From Geobacter sulfurreducens PCA (GTDB taxonomy: Bacteria > Desulfobacterota > Desulfuromonadia > Geobacterales > Geobacteraceae), in the NCBI RefSeq assembly GCF_000007985.2, contig NC_002939.5:1080001-1112000 (forward strand): 32,000 bases of DNA, in the 5' to 3' direction. The notes beneath the pieces were generated by a model that searched no databases, was not told where the DNA came from, and saw nothing but the letters and a program-made list of their open reading frames with translations. Position 1 is the first letter of the stretch; each line of letters starts with the position of its first letter. Below, one piece after another: positions 8,639-18,812 of this stretch. The position numbers and the translations under genes were made by a program.

Positions 8639-9409
8639 ATGGGTCTTTTGGAAGGCAAAAAGGCGGTCGTTTTCGGCATCGCCAACGAGAAAAGCATCGC
8701 GTGGGCCATTGCCCAGGCGTTCAGGCGGGAAGGCGCCGATCTGGCGATCACCTATGCCAACGAAACCCTGGCCAAGCGGGTGATCCCGCTTGCCGAAAGC
8801 ATCGGGGCGAGCCTCATTCTCCCCTGCGACGTTCGCAACGACGACGACATTGCGGCAGTTTTCGCCCGGATTGAGCGTTCGTGGGGAAGGCTCGACACCC
8901 TGGTTCATTCGGTGGCCTTTGCCAACAAGGACGAACTGAAGGGGTCCTTTCTCAATACCACCCGGGAAGGCTTTTCCCTCGCCATGGACATCAGCGCTTA
9001 CTCCCTCATCGCCCTGGCCAAGGGGGCCCATCCCCTCCTGAAGGAGCGGCAGGGGAGCATTATCACCCTTTCCTACTATGGCGGCCAGAAGGTTTTCCCG
9101 AGCTATAACGTCATGGGGGTCGCCAAGGCGGCACTGGAGATGAGCGTCAGGTATCTTGCCGAGGCCGTCGGCCCCGACGGCATTCGCGTCAATGCCATCT
9201 CTGCCGGTCCACTGAAGACCCTCGCCGCAGCAGGCGTGGGCGGCTTCAACCAGATCGCCGGCCACGTGGCCGAGAAAGCGCCTCTTCGCCGCAATATCAG
9301 CCAGGAGGAAGTGGCCGGCGCGGCTCTTTATCTGGCCAGCGATCTGTCGAGCGGGGTTACCGGGGAGGTGCACTTCGTCGACAGCGGGTATAATATCATA
9401 GGACTTTGA
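8639..9409 (+). CDS. fabI: enoyl-[acyl-carrier-protein] reductase (NADH), FabI
   Basis: GLLEGKKAVVFGIANEKSIAW Rossmann motif and the SYYGGQKV...YNVMGVAKAALE (Tyr-x6-Lys) catalytic signature. Confidence 0.9.
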   Translation: MGLLEGKKAVVFGIANEKSIAWAIAQAFRREGADLAITYANETLAKRVIPLAESIGASLILPCDVRNDDDIAAVFARIERSWGRLDTLVHSVAFANKDELKGSFLNTTREGFSLAMDISAYSLIALAKGAHPLLKERQGSIITLSYYGGQKVFPSYNVMGVAKAALEMSVRYLAEAVGPDGIRVNAISAGPLKTLAAAGVGGFNQIAGHVAEKAPLRRNISQEEVAGAALYLASDLSSGVTGEVHFVDSGYNIIGL

Positions 9410-11136
9410 CAAACGAGGCTGCTGCCGGCCTCAAGGAGTTTTCAATCAAACAGCTGCACGGCAACCTCATGGGGCTCAAGCCGAGCCAGGTGGCGGCCCT
9501 TGAACGGCTCTACCGGCGCAAGGTGCCGCCCGACGAACTGATCACCCCCGAACTGGCGGCCCGGATGGTGGATATCACCCGGGACATCCGCCGGCGGGTG
9601 GGGATTCTCGTCAACCGCCACGGCTCCGTCGAGTATGTCATTATCGGCGACGAGCGGGGCCTCTTCATCCCCGACCTGTCCGAGTATCCGCTGGGCCGGC
9701 GGCTCCTGAGAGGGCTTCGCTATATTCACACCAACCTGAGGGGCGGTTCCTTTACCGAGGACGACCTCACCGACCTGGCGCTCCTGCGCTTCGATCTGAT
9801 GGCGGTCATCCAGGTCCACGAGGACGACCGCCGGCTCGCCATCCAGACCGCATCGCTCAATCCCTCCGACGACAGTGCCCATCCCTACCGCGTGGAGTCA
9901 GCCGAGCCGCTGGCCGCCCACCGGATGGATTTCGGCGCCTTTATTTCGAACCTCGAACGCTCTCTGGAAAAGGCCGTCGCCACCGACTCCCGGGAAGTCG
10001 CTGCCGGTACGGAACGGGCAATCCTCATCTCGGTCACGAAACATCCCCGGGAGGAGGCCGAGGATTCCATGGACGAGCTTCGGGAGTTGGCCCGCACCGC
10101 CGGCGTGGCAGTTCTCGATATCGCGATCCAGCGTCCCCGCCAGTTCAATCCCCGCTACCTGATGGGGGAGGGCAAGATGCGGGAAGTCGTGATCCGGGCG
10201 CTTCAGCTGGGAGCGACGCTTCTGATTTTCGACCAGGAGCTTTCCCCGGCCCAGGTTCGTTCCATCTCGGCCCTGACCGAACTCAAGGTTATCGACCGGA
10301 GCCAGCTGATCCTCGACATATTTGCCCGCCGGGCCACCAGTCTTGACGGCAAGGTCCAGGTGGAGCTTGCCCAGCTTAAGTACATCCTGCCGCGCCTCAC
10401 TGGTCGCGGGGTGCAGATGTCGCGTCTGATGGGGGGGATCGGCGGCCGGGGGCCAGGCGAGACCAAGCTGGAGATTGACCGCCGCCGCATCAGGGACCGC
10501 ATTGCCAAGCTGGAACGGGAGCTCGAGGAGCTTTCCCGGGGCCGCCAGCAGCGGCGTCAGAAGCGGGTTCGGGCCGGCCTTCCCATCGTCTCGATCGTGG
10601 GTTACACCAATGCGGGGAAGTCGACCCTGCTCAACGCCCTGACCAAGAGCGACGTCTTTACCGAAAATCTCCTCTTCGCCACCCTCGATACTTCAACCCG
10701 CCGGCTCCGCTTCCCCCGGGAGCGCGAGGTGATCATCACCGACACGGTGGGCTTCATCCGCTCCCTGCCCGCGTCCTTGCTGGGGGCATTCAAGGCTACC
10801 CTGGAAGAACTCCAGGACGCGGATCTCCTCCTTCACCTGGTGGACTGCGCCAATCCCCGCATCGAGGAGCAGATCGAGCAGGTGGGGAAGATCCTCGAAG
10901 AGCTTAAGCTTGGCGATAAACCGCGCCTGGTTGTGTTCAACAAGGGGGATCTGGTGCCTGAGCTGAAGCGGAAGGCCCCTCTGGCATTCATGAAGATCCG
11001 CCAGCTGGCTCGCCGTCACGGGGCCATCACCATCAGCGCGACAGACCGCTCGAGCCTTGAACCGCTCCTACTGGAGATGGAGCGGCGTTTCTGGCCCGAC
11101 GAGGCAGGGCAGGATGTGCCGTCCGACCTCTCCTGA
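9406..11136 (+). CDS. hflX: GTPase HflX with an N-terminal extension of about 200 aa
   Basis: HflX N-domain from about residue 200 (ERAILISV...). G1 GYTNAGKSTLLNALT, G3 DTVGF, G4 NKGD. The start is uncertain: TTG at 9406 overlaps the fabI TGA, and the first ATG is at 9469. Neither has a convincing SD. Confidence 0.8.
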   Translation: MTNEAAAGLKEFSIKQLHGNLMGLKPSQVAALERLYRRKVPPDELITPELAARMVDITRDIRRRVGILVNRHGSVEYVIIGDERGLFIPDLSEYPLGRRLLRGLRYIHTNLRGGSFTEDDLTDLALLRFDLMAVIQVHEDDRRLAIQTASLNPSDDSAHPYRVESAEPLAAHRMDFGAFISNLERSLEKAVATDSREVAAGTERAILISVTKHPREEAEDSMDELRELARTAGVAVLDIAIQRPRQFNPRYLMGEGKMREVVIRALQLGATLLIFDQELSPAQVRSISALTELKVIDRSQLILDIFARRATSLDGKVQVELAQLKYILPRLTGRGVQMSRLMGGIGGRGPGETKLEIDRRRIRDRIAKLERELEELSRGRQQRRQKRVRAGLPIVSIVGYTNAGKSTLLNALTKSDVFTENLLFATLDTSTRRLRFPREREVIITDTVGFIRSLPASLLGAFKATLEELQDADLLLHLVDCANPRIEEQIEQVGKILEELKLGDKPRLVVFNKGDLVPELKRKAPLAFMKIRQLARRHGAITISATDRSSLEPLLLEMERRFWPDEAGQDVPSDLS

Positions 11137-11186
11137 GTCGAAACACCCGTCCCTTCAATTGGTTATCATCTAAAAACCTCCTAATC

Positions 11187-11215
11187 TTGACAGTTTGGTG
11201 AAATGCGACTATACT
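11187..11215 (+). promoter_or_regulatory. sigma-70 promoter, TTGACA-N17-TATACT
   Basis: -35 at 11187..11192, -10 at 11210..11215, 17-nt spacer. It lies about 65 nt upstream of the ATG at 11281. Confidence 0.6.
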
Positions 11216-11280
11216 GCCGCATCCGGCATGGCACCGGCTTCCCACATTATTCCCTCGCGAAAGTGCGTGGAAGGGCTCCC

Positions 11281-12801
11281 ATGAATCGATCTTTTTTCCT
11301 GCTGGCCATAGTCCTGCTGTTTACACCCATTGCCCAGGCATCCGATCTTCACTTGAACCCCCTGCGGGAGTTGACCTCCCTGGGGAGCGGTTCGCTGCAG
11401 GCCGATCTGTCGGGAGTTGTTCCCCGCGTGGGATCGGCGCGGCCAAAGGCTGCCTCCCCTGCCGAGGGGCGCCGGGCGAATCCGCTGGAGCCGTCCATGG
11501 GAGAGCTCATCGTCGTGGAGGACGAGACATCCCTTGAGGATGATTTCGAACTGCAGCTCCCCGGCCAGGACCTCCCCGAATCGGACATCCCGCTTGCCCT
11601 CAACGGCAAGGTAGAGTACTTCATCTCCTATTTCCAGACCTCCGGCCGCAAGTCCTTTTCCCGCTGGCTTTCCCGCTCCGAACGATACATTCCCATGATG
11701 CGCGAGGTTCTCAGGAAGGAAGGACTTCCCGAGGATCTGGTCTACCTGGCCATGATCGAGAGCGGCTTTACGCCCCATGCGGTTTCCGTGGCGAGCGCCG
11801 TGGGCCCCTGGCAGTTCATCTCGGGCACGGGAAAACGTTACGACCTGAGGATCGACCAATGGATCGACGAACGGCGCGATCCGCTCAAGTCGACCGTTGC
11901 CGCCGCCATGTACCTGAAGGAGCTTTACTCCCTCTTCAATCAGGATTGGTATCTGGCTGCGGCAGGCTATAACGCCGGCGAGAACAAGATCCTGCGCGCC
12001 ATCGACAAATACAACACGCGGGACTTCTGGGAAATATCCAAGGGCTCGTATTTGAAGAGGGAGACCAAGGATTACGTGCCGAAGCTCCTGGCCGCCGCCA
12101 TCATCGCAAAGGAGCCGGCCCGCTACGGCTTCGCCGATGTGGCGTATCTTCCCCCCATCGAGTTCGACTTAGTTGCCATTCCTTCGCGCACCGATCTGGA
12201 CCTGGTGGCCAAACTCTGCGAGGTGGATGTCAAGGCCATCAAGGAATTGAACCCGGAACTGCGCCGCTGGTGCACACCTCCCGACTACCCCGACTACGAG
12301 CTCAAAATCCCCAAGGGAAAGCGCACGTCCTTCGAGGAGGCATACGCCCATCTCCCCGCGGACCAGCGCTACGTCGAGCGGATTGTCTACAGCCGCTACC
12401 GGGTTAAGAAAAAGGATACCCTGCAGGCGATCGCGCGACGCTACGGCACCACTGCCGAGACCCTGGCCGAGGTTAACAAACTGAAGCCGACCTCGAAGCT
12501 CCGGGGCCGCACCCTGCTGGTGCCGGTGCCGGTCGCGACGGAGGATGCCGCGGAAAGGACCGTCGCCAAGGCGTCGCCGAAGAAGGACGAGTCCCGCGCA
12601 TTCAACAAGTACTACACGGTCAAGAAAGGCGACACCGTCGCCTCGCTGTCCAAGAAATTCAACATTTCCCAACGGATTCTGGCAGCATGGAATAATTTGA
12701 AGGGCAAAATGGCCCTTCACCCCGGCAAGCGGATCATCGTCGCCAAGTATGTGGAGAAAAAAGGGTCGATGGTGCCGGTCGACGGCGGGGAGAACAGCTA
12801 G
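11281..12801 (+). CDS. membrane-bound lytic murein transglycosylase (MltD-like; SLT domain plus two LysM repeats)
   Basis: Signal peptide MNRSFFLLAIVLLFTPIAQA. SLT catalytic region (LAMIESGF...AGYNAGE). Two C-terminal LysM-like repeats (YRVKKKDTLQAIARRYG, YTVKKGDTVASLSKKFN). Confidence 0.85.
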   Translation: MNRSFFLLAIVLLFTPIAQASDLHLNPLRELTSLGSGSLQADLSGVVPRVGSARPKAASPAEGRRANPLEPSMGELIVVEDETSLEDDFELQLPGQDLPESDIPLALNGKVEYFISYFQTSGRKSFSRWLSRSERYIPMMREVLRKEGLPEDLVYLAMIESGFTPHAVSVASAVGPWQFISGTGKRYDLRIDQWIDERRDPLKSTVAAAMYLKELYSLFNQDWYLAAAGYNAGENKILRAIDKYNTRDFWEISKGSYLKRETKDYVPKLLAAAIIAKEPARYGFADVAYLPPIEFDLVAIPSRTDLDLVAKLCEVDVKAIKELNPELRRWCTPPDYPDYELKIPKGKRTSFEEAYAHLPADQRYVERIVYSRYRVKKKDTLQAIARRYGTTAETLAEVNKLKPTSKLRGRTLLVPVPVATEDAAERTVAKASPKKDESRAFNKYYTVKKGDTVASLSKKFNISQRILAAWNNLKGKMALHPGKRIIVAKYVEKKGSMVPVDGGENS

Positions 12802-12849
12802 CACGCTCTATTCTTCACTGCACTCACGAATGAAAGGACTTCATCCGCA

Positions 12850-13578
12850 ATGTACAACTTCCTGATTTCCGGCGCGATCGCCCTTGTCGCCATTGTCGTC
12901 ATCATCCTCGCCGCCGGCACCTCGTCCTGGTGGTGGGCCATTCTTGTTGGGCTGACGCTGTTCGGCGGCTCTTTCCTCCTCATCTCCCGCGTGGTCATGA
13001 AAAAGGTTCTTGCCCTCATGGAGAGCGCATCCCGGGATATCCAGGCCCAGCGGGTGGAAAAGGCGATCCGCGACCTGAAAGAGGGACTCCGCTACTCTCG
13101 CTGGCAGATTTACGTGGAGGGGCAGATCAACGCCCAGATCGGCATCATCTACTACCTGAAACGGGATTTCTCCGGCGCGTTTCCCTATCTTGAGAAGGCC
13201 TTCAACAAGAACTGGGTTGCCATGGCCATGCTCGCCATCACCTACATGAAGCGGAACAAGCGGGACAAGATGAAGGAGACCTTCGAGAAGGCGGTCCAGT
13301 GGAGCCCCAAGGAGTCGCTGCTCTGGAGCGTGTATGCCTACTGCTGGACCGAGTGCGAGGATATTGGGCAGGCTCGTGAGGTCCTGGAGCGTGGACTCAA
13401 GAAGATCCCGGGCGACGACAAGCTAACCGCCAACCTTGAGGCACTCAAGGAAGGGAAGAAGATGAAGATGAAGAACTACGGCGAGATGTGGCTCCAGTTT
13501 CACCTGGAGCGCCAGAGCGTCGTCATGAAGCAGCAGGCGGCCGCCATGGGGATGAAGCGGCGGTTCGTCCGGAAGTAG
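12850..13578 (+). CDS. membrane-anchored TPR-like protein (242 aa)
   Basis: Two N-terminal TM helices followed by helical repeat-like sequence. Confidence 0.6.
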   Translation: MYNFLISGAIALVAIVVIILAAGTSSWWWAILVGLTLFGGSFLLISRVVMKKVLALMESASRDIQAQRVEKAIRDLKEGLRYSRWQIYVEGQINAQIGIIYYLKRDFSGAFPYLEKAFNKNWVAMAMLAITYMKRNKRDKMKETFEKAVQWSPKESLLWSVYAYCWTECEDIGQAREVLERGLKKIPGDDKLTANLEALKEGKKMKMKNYGEMWLQFHLERQSVVMKQQAAAMGMKRRFVRK

Positions 13579-13606
13579 ACGTCGCCGTCTAACGCAAGGC
13601 AGCACG

Positions 13607-13634
13607 AAAAGGGACGGTTCCGTCCCTTTTTTTG
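13607..13634 (+). terminator. rho-independent terminator (gggacgg..ccgtccc followed by T7)
   Basis: GC stem followed by tttttttg. Confidence 0.7.
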
Positions 13635-13673
13635 TTCGCGGGCAGGTAACCCAACCCTCTCTCCGGGCCAGAC

Positions 13674-14888
13674 ATGAATGATCTCCTCAGAACACTCGCC
13701 GTCCTCGTCGTGGTGGTCATCCTGCTGCGGCGCAAGATGCACCTGGGACTCGTGATGCTCATTGGAGCGGCGATCCTGGCGCTTCTCTACCTGACGCCGC
13801 CGCTCGATTTTCTCGCCGGGGCCTGGGTGGCGCTGGTTTCTCCCAGTTCGCTGGAGATGACGGCTACCCTCATCTTCACCATGATCATGGAGAATATTCT
13901 CCGCTCCACCGGTACCCTGAAGCGGATGGTGGAAAGCCTGTCCGAGGTTTTCCCCGACGCCCGGTTCGTCATGGCATCCATGCCGGCCATGATCGGGATG
14001 CTGCCCTCTCCGGGCGGAGCGGTCTTTTCGGCGCCAATGGTGAGCGAGGCCGCGTCCCGCCTATCGATTCCCGCTGACCAGAAGGCGTTCGTCAACTACT
14101 GGTATCGCCATATCTGGGAATACGTCTCCCCCCTCTATCCCGGCATTATTCTCGTGGCCGGACTGGCGCATATCCCCTACCAGAAGATTGTCCTGGCCAA
14201 CCTTCCCTATGCCCTGTCGGTGGTGCTCTGGGGGGGGGTGTTCGCCTTTTCGGGGGTTGGTCCCACTCCGGCCAGCAGCAGCACGTCCGTGGGGCGTGGG
14301 AAGGCGCTGCGCGTGTTCCTCATTACCATATCGCCCATAATGGCCGCCCTTGTCCTGGTGGTTGTCTTCCGGGTTAATCCAGTCCCGGCCATGGGTGGTG
14401 TGACCGTGCTCATGTACCTGGCCCACCGGTATTCGCCGGCCGCCATCGTCCGGTCCCTCAGGGAGAGCATATCGCTCAAGGCCATGACCCTCGTCTTCGG
14501 GATCATGATCTTTCAGGAGACCCTGCGGCTGACCGGGGCGCTGGACGGCATCTCGCGCTTTTTCGCCGAGAGCGGCCTGCCCACAGTGCTCATCATTACG
14601 GTCATTCCATTCCTTGCGGGGACTATGACCGGCCTCACCGTGGCCTTCGTGGGGATCACCTTTCCGATCCTCATGCCGCTGATGGGGGGCGACGTCCCGT
14701 CTTTAGGTCTGCTTTCGCTTGCGTTTGGAAGTGGATTTGCCGGGGTCATGATCTCGCCGGTCCATCTATGCCTCGTCCTTACGCGCGAGTATTTCGGGGC
14801 GGATATGACCAAAGTCTATCACCGGTTGTGGATTCCCCAGGCCCTTGTGCTTGCGGCAGCCGTGGTGCCGGTGTATATTTTTCAATGA
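13674..14888 (+). CDS. polytopic inner-membrane protein (DUF401-like), 404 aa
   Basis: About 10 hydrophobic segments throughout. The family assignment is from memory of similar proteins. Confidence 0.6.
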   Translation: MNDLLRTLAVLVVVVILLRRKMHLGLVMLIGAAILALLYLTPPLDFLAGAWVALVSPSSLEMTATLIFTMIMENILRSTGTLKRMVESLSEVFPDARFVMASMPAMIGMLPSPGGAVFSAPMVSEAASRLSIPADQKAFVNYWYRHIWEYVSPLYPGIILVAGLAHIPYQKIVLANLPYALSVVLWGGVFAFSGVGPTPASSSTSVGRGKALRVFLITISPIMAALVLVVVFRVNPVPAMGGVTVLMYLAHRYSPAAIVRSLRESISLKAMTLVFGIMIFQETLRLTGALDGISRFFAESGLPTVLIITVIPFLAGTMTGLTVAFVGITFPILMPLMGGDVPSLGLLSLAFGSGFAGVMISPVHLCLVLTREYFGADMTKVYHRLWIPQALVLAAAVVPVYIFQ

Positions 14889-14972
14889 TTCCAGACATGA
14901 TGCAGCTCGCGTCCGTGGCGCCGTTCCTCGACGGGGCCGTGCCGGTTGCTGCAGAGCGAAAAGGAGGGTTTC

Positions 14973-15842
14973 ATGCTGAAACGATTGGTGATCCTGGCGG
15001 TACTGTCTCTCTCGTCCTTAATGCTGTCCGGGTGCCTTGTCGGCGAAGGAAAGTATCTGAAAAAAGTAGAGGAAGCCGATAACCTGTCGAAGGAACTGAC
15101 GACGCTTCAGGAGAAATATTCAGCCCTGTCCTCGGAGAACGAAGGGCTCAAGGGGGCGCTTGCCAAGCTCAAGGACGAGGCCGCCGGTCTTGCCCAGGAC
15201 AAGGAGAAGCTCACCGCTGACAACCGGGAGCTCCAGCAGGTGCTCCAGGCGAAATCTGACTCACTTTCCCAGAATATTGTGGAGTTGCGCCAGAAGGTGA
15301 GCCAGCTGGAAGCCGAAAATGCCCGCCTCAAGGCCGACATCGCCTCGACCCAGAAAGCCAAGGAGGAGCAGGTCCGGGAAGTGAGCAAGACCTACGAGGA
15401 TCTGCTCGACAAGATGAAGGGCGAGATTGCCCAGGGACAGGTGACCATCTCCGAGCTCAAAGGAAAGCTGACAGTGAACATGGTGGATGCAATTCTCTTT
15501 GACTCGGGCAAAGCCGAGGTGAAACCGGCGGGTATGGACCTTCTCCAGAAGGTGGTCGAGATCCTGAAGGATGTAAAGGACAAGGCCATCAGGATCGAAG
15601 GACATACGGACAACGTTCAGATCGTCGGCAACCTTGCCAAGCGCTTCCCCACCAACTGGGAGCTTTCCTCAGCCCGCGCCATCAACGTGACCCGTTTCCT
15701 CCAGAGCCGTGGAATTGATCCCGCCGTGCTGTCTGCCGTGGCCTACGGAGAGTATCACCCCGTCGCTCCCAACGATACCGATGAAGGCAAGGCCAAAAAC
15801 CGGCGCATCGAGATCATCCTGGTGCCGAAGGATGCCCCCTGA
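14973..15842 (+). CDS. OmpA/MotB-domain lipoprotein with a long coiled coil
   Basis: AAGGAGG lies 5 nt before the ATG at 14973. Lipobox LMLSGC. A coiled-coil middle region, and a C-terminal OmpA_C domain (IEGHTDN...NWELSSARA...NRRIEI). Confidence 0.85.
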   Translation: MLKRLVILAVLSLSSLMLSGCLVGEGKYLKKVEEADNLSKELTTLQEKYSALSSENEGLKGALAKLKDEAAGLAQDKEKLTADNRELQQVLQAKSDSLSQNIVELRQKVSQLEAENARLKADIASTQKAKEEQVREVSKTYEDLLDKMKGEIAQGQVTISELKGKLTVNMVDAILFDSGKAEVKPAGMDLLQKVVEILKDVKDKAIRIEGHTDNVQIVGNLAKRFPTNWELSSARAINVTRFLQSRGIDPAVLSAVAYGEYHPVAPNDTDEGKAKNRRIEIILVPKDAP

Positions 15843-15848
15843 CGCGCG

Positions 15849-16574
15849 ATGTCCATGAAGAAGAAAAGCACACAATCCGGACAGAAAACGAAAAAGTTCT
15901 CCCCCAGCCCCTTCAGCGGCCTCAAAGGATTTCGTCCCGAGCCGGCCGAGCCGGAGAAAAAACAGCCGGCGGTTGCCGCTCCTCCGCCCCGGAGCACGGC
16001 GGAACCCGACGATCTGAATCTTTTTCTGAGGGAAATGGCCGGTGTAAACCGCATGGATCGGTCGGGCAAGGGGCCGTCGGAACAACGCCCGCCGAAAGAA
16101 CCGGCCGGGCAGGCTCGGACAGCTGACGATGATCTGGTCAAGGGGCTGGAAGCTGCCGACCAGGCAGCCTTTGCCGAAGCCATCGCGCGGTTGAAGCTTG
16201 ACGTGAGTTTTCGCGAGAGTCTGCCGGGCGACAGCGGCGCTCCCCGTCCGGTGAGCCGGTTGCGCCAGCTCAAGAGCGGCCAGATACGAATCGATCTGGA
16301 GCTGGACCTCCACGGGCTCACCCGGGAAGAGGCCGTGGCGAGCCTTGAGCGGTTCATCACCGGTGCCCATCGAAGGGGGCAGAAGGCTGTTCTCGTCATT
16401 ACGGGAAAAGGGAACAACTCTTCCGGTGAGCCGGTGCTCCAAGGGGCGGTCCTGTCCTGGCTCCGGGAGCGGGGCAAGAGCATGGTGGCCGAATTCGCTC
16501 CGGCCCCCCGGGACATGGGGGGCAGCGGCGCAGTGGTCGTGTTCCTCAGGACGACGAGAGTAAAGGCTGGCTAG
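15849..16574 (+). CDS. Smr-domain protein (241 aa)
   Basis: C-terminal Smr domain (LDLHGLTREEA...VLVITGKGNNS...LQGAVLSWL). The N-terminal half is low-complexity. Confidence 0.75.
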   Translation: MSMKKKSTQSGQKTKKFSPSPFSGLKGFRPEPAEPEKKQPAVAAPPPRSTAEPDDLNLFLREMAGVNRMDRSGKGPSEQRPPKEPAGQARTADDDLVKGLEAADQAAFAEAIARLKLDVSFRESLPGDSGAPRPVSRLRQLKSGQIRIDLELDLHGLTREEAVASLERFITGAHRRGQKAVLVITGKGNNSSGEPVLQGAVLSWLRERGKSMVAEFAPAPRDMGGSGAVVVFLRTTRVKAG

Positions 16575-16604
16575 CGGTAATCCCTGATCGGCCAGGAGGC
16601 AGCC

Positions 16605-17027
16605 GTGTTCGGACTGTTCAAACGTAAAAAGGCGGACCCAGCCATCTTCGACAGCGCCGAAGCCGCTTTCGACTATGCCTGCCGGAATCTGGAAAACCGT
16701 ATTCTCCTCGAAGCGGTGATACCCGCCCTGGTGGAGGAGTTCGTACGCGTAAGTCCCGAGGGTGAGCGCTACTTTCGCATCCGTCTGGCCAACAGCCAGG
16801 GCGGCCAGGCGATCGAGGCGTGTACCCTCAAGGAGTCCTCGCGCGCCCCCTCAGTCGGCGACCTGATCGGCTACAAGGTGGTCCGGTACGACCCGGACAT
16901 GCCGCCTCCTTTTGACCTCCTCGGTTTCATCGCCTACCGGTTCGAGTTCGTTCACGTGCCGGGCAAGGGGTGGCGCACAGCCGAGAGCTTCATTCCCGAC
17001 ACCATCAAGCCCACGCTCCGGATGTGA
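16605..17027 (+). CDS. hypothetical protein (140 aa, GTG start)
   Basis: ORF fills the gap between neighbouring genes with compatible codon usage. No motif recognised. Confidence 0.45.
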   Translation: MFGLFKRKKADPAIFDSAEAAFDYACRNLENRILLEAVIPALVEEFVRVSPEGERYFRIRLANSQGGQAIEACTLKESSRAPSVGDLIGYKVVRYDPDMPPPFDLLGFIAYRFEFVHVPGKGWRTAESFIPDTIKPTLRM

Positions 17028-17038
17028 GCCCCGCTCCC

Positions 17039-18679
17039 ATGCTTTCAATCCTCCTTGAAAACCCTCTTCTTGTGTTGTTCCTCGTGGCGGCAATCGGCTA
17101 TCCCCTCGGCAGGATCAAAATCCGGGGATCGAGTCTCGGAGTTGCGGCCGTGCTCTTCGTGGGGCTGGCCATGGGATCGCTCCATCCCGAGTTGAAGCTC
17201 CCCGAAATCGTCTATGTCCTGGGCCTCGCCCTGTTTGTCTACACCATCGGCCTCTCCAGCGGCCCCGCCTTTGTGGCATCCCTGAAACGCGAGGGAATCC
17301 GCAACAACGCCCTGATCATCGGAATGCTCCTGGTCGCTGCCGGGCTGGTCGTGGGAGCCCAACGACTCCTGGGGTTCAAGGGGACCGTCACCGCGGGCCT
17401 CTTTGCCGGAAGCCTCACCAATACCCCCGCCTTGGCCGGGGCACTGGAAACCATCAAACACATCGCCTCGCCGGAACTGCGTGAACTGCTGCTGGCCGAA
17501 CCGGTGGTGGGTTACTCGGTGGCCTACCCTATGGGGGTCATGGGGGTGGTGCTCGCCATCAGTCTGGTGCAGAAGCTCTGGAACGTCGATTACGGCGAGG
17601 AAGGGAAACGGCTCAGGCTTGCTGGAACCGCGTCGGAGGCGCTGCGGAGCATGACGGTACGCATCGCCTGGCCCGGGGCAGGGCGCCACACCGTGGCCGA
17701 GCTGGCCCGCCATGAGAAGTGGGACGTGATTTTTGGCCGGATCCGGCGCGGGGATTCATATCTTCTCACCGGCCCGCAGGTTCGCTTCCAGCCGGGCGAT
17801 CTTGTTACCGCAGTGGGAACCGAGACGGAGCTGCGGCGGGTAGCCGCCTTTCTGGGGGAAGTGAGCGAAGAAGAGATCACCGTTGACCGGAGCGAGTACG
17901 ACTACCGGCGGATCTTTGTCTCGAATCCCCGGGTAGCCGGGCGGCAGCTGGGAGAGCTTAACCTGTTCGAGAACTACGGTGCCACCGTTACGCGGGTGCG
18001 GCGTGGCGACGACGACTTCCTGCCCCATGACGACATGGTCCTCGAGCTTGGCGACCGGGTACGTGTCGTCACGCACCGCGATCACATGGCAGAAGTGACG
18101 GCCTTTTTCGGCGATTCCTACCGGGCCGTAAGCGAGGTGGATATCCTCACTTTCAGCTTGGGACTGGCCTTGGGACTCCTGCTCGGCATCATCCCCATTC
18201 CCCTGCCCGGAGGCATCACCCTCAAGCTCGGTTTCGCCGGCGGGCCCCTCATAGTGGCGCTGATTCTCGGCACCATCGGCCGGTCGGGCTCTATGGTCTG
18301 GAGCCTGCCCTACAGCGCCAACATGACCCTGCGCCAGATCGGCCTGGTATTGTTCCTGGCCGGAGTCGGCACACGGGCGGGCTACGGTTTCGTCACCACC
18401 CTCGCCAAGGGGGGCGGATTGGCCATCTTCGCCGCCGGTGCGGTCGTCACCTGTCTTACGGCCCTCGCCACCCTCTGGATCGGTCACAAACTCATGAAAA
18501 TTCCCATGAGCATCCTCATCGGTATGGTCGCCGGCCTCCAGACCCAACCCGCCGTTCTCGGCTACGCCCTGGAGCAGACCGGCAACGATCTCCCCAATAT
18601 CGGCTACGCCTCGGTCTATCCCGTGGCGACCATCAGCAAGATTCTCATTGTGCAGATACTGCTTACGATGCTCATGTGA
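17039..18679 (+). CDS. YidE/YbjL-type (AAE family) transporter with two central TrkA_C/RCK_C domains
   Basis: Duplicated membrane halves flank two soluble RCK_C-like segments. The ATG at 17039 gives the typical MLSILLENPLL... N-terminus. Confidence 0.8.
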   Translation: MLSILLENPLLVLFLVAAIGYPLGRIKIRGSSLGVAAVLFVGLAMGSLHPELKLPEIVYVLGLALFVYTIGLSSGPAFVASLKREGIRNNALIIGMLLVAAGLVVGAQRLLGFKGTVTAGLFAGSLTNTPALAGALETIKHIASPELRELLLAEPVVGYSVAYPMGVMGVVLAISLVQKLWNVDYGEEGKRLRLAGTASEALRSMTVRIAWPGAGRHTVAELARHEKWDVIFGRIRRGDSYLLTGPQVRFQPGDLVTAVGTETELRRVAAFLGEVSEEEITVDRSEYDYRRIFVSNPRVAGRQLGELNLFENYGATVTRVRRGDDDFLPHDDMVLELGDRVRVVTHRDHMAEVTAFFGDSYRAVSEVDILTFSLGLALGLLLGIIPIPLPGGITLKLGFAGGPLIVALILGTIGRSGSMVWSLPYSANMTLRQIGLVLFLAGVGTRAGYGFVTTLAKGGGLAIFAAGAVVTCLTALATLWIGHKLMKIPMSILIGMVAGLQTQPAVLGYALEQTGNDLPNIGYASVYPVATISKILIVQILLTMLM

Positions 18680-18812
18680 TGTCCTGCCGGGTTCAGCCGC
18701 TCCCGTCGGGGCGTGGTGAAATGGTTTGGTTGTTTTCATGTCAACCTGCTTGTCAATGCGAGCGCCTTGGGCTACTGTAACCTGCGATCACCATTTTTCC
18801 GCGAGGTCTTTC

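Noticed and set aside
8494-8751. An 86-codon N-terminal extension of the HD-GYP ORF, back to 8751.
   Set aside because: It would overlap the fabI start and its promoter region on the other strand, and it has no SD. The ATG at 8493 has a GGAGG SD, and protein-like sequence begins there.
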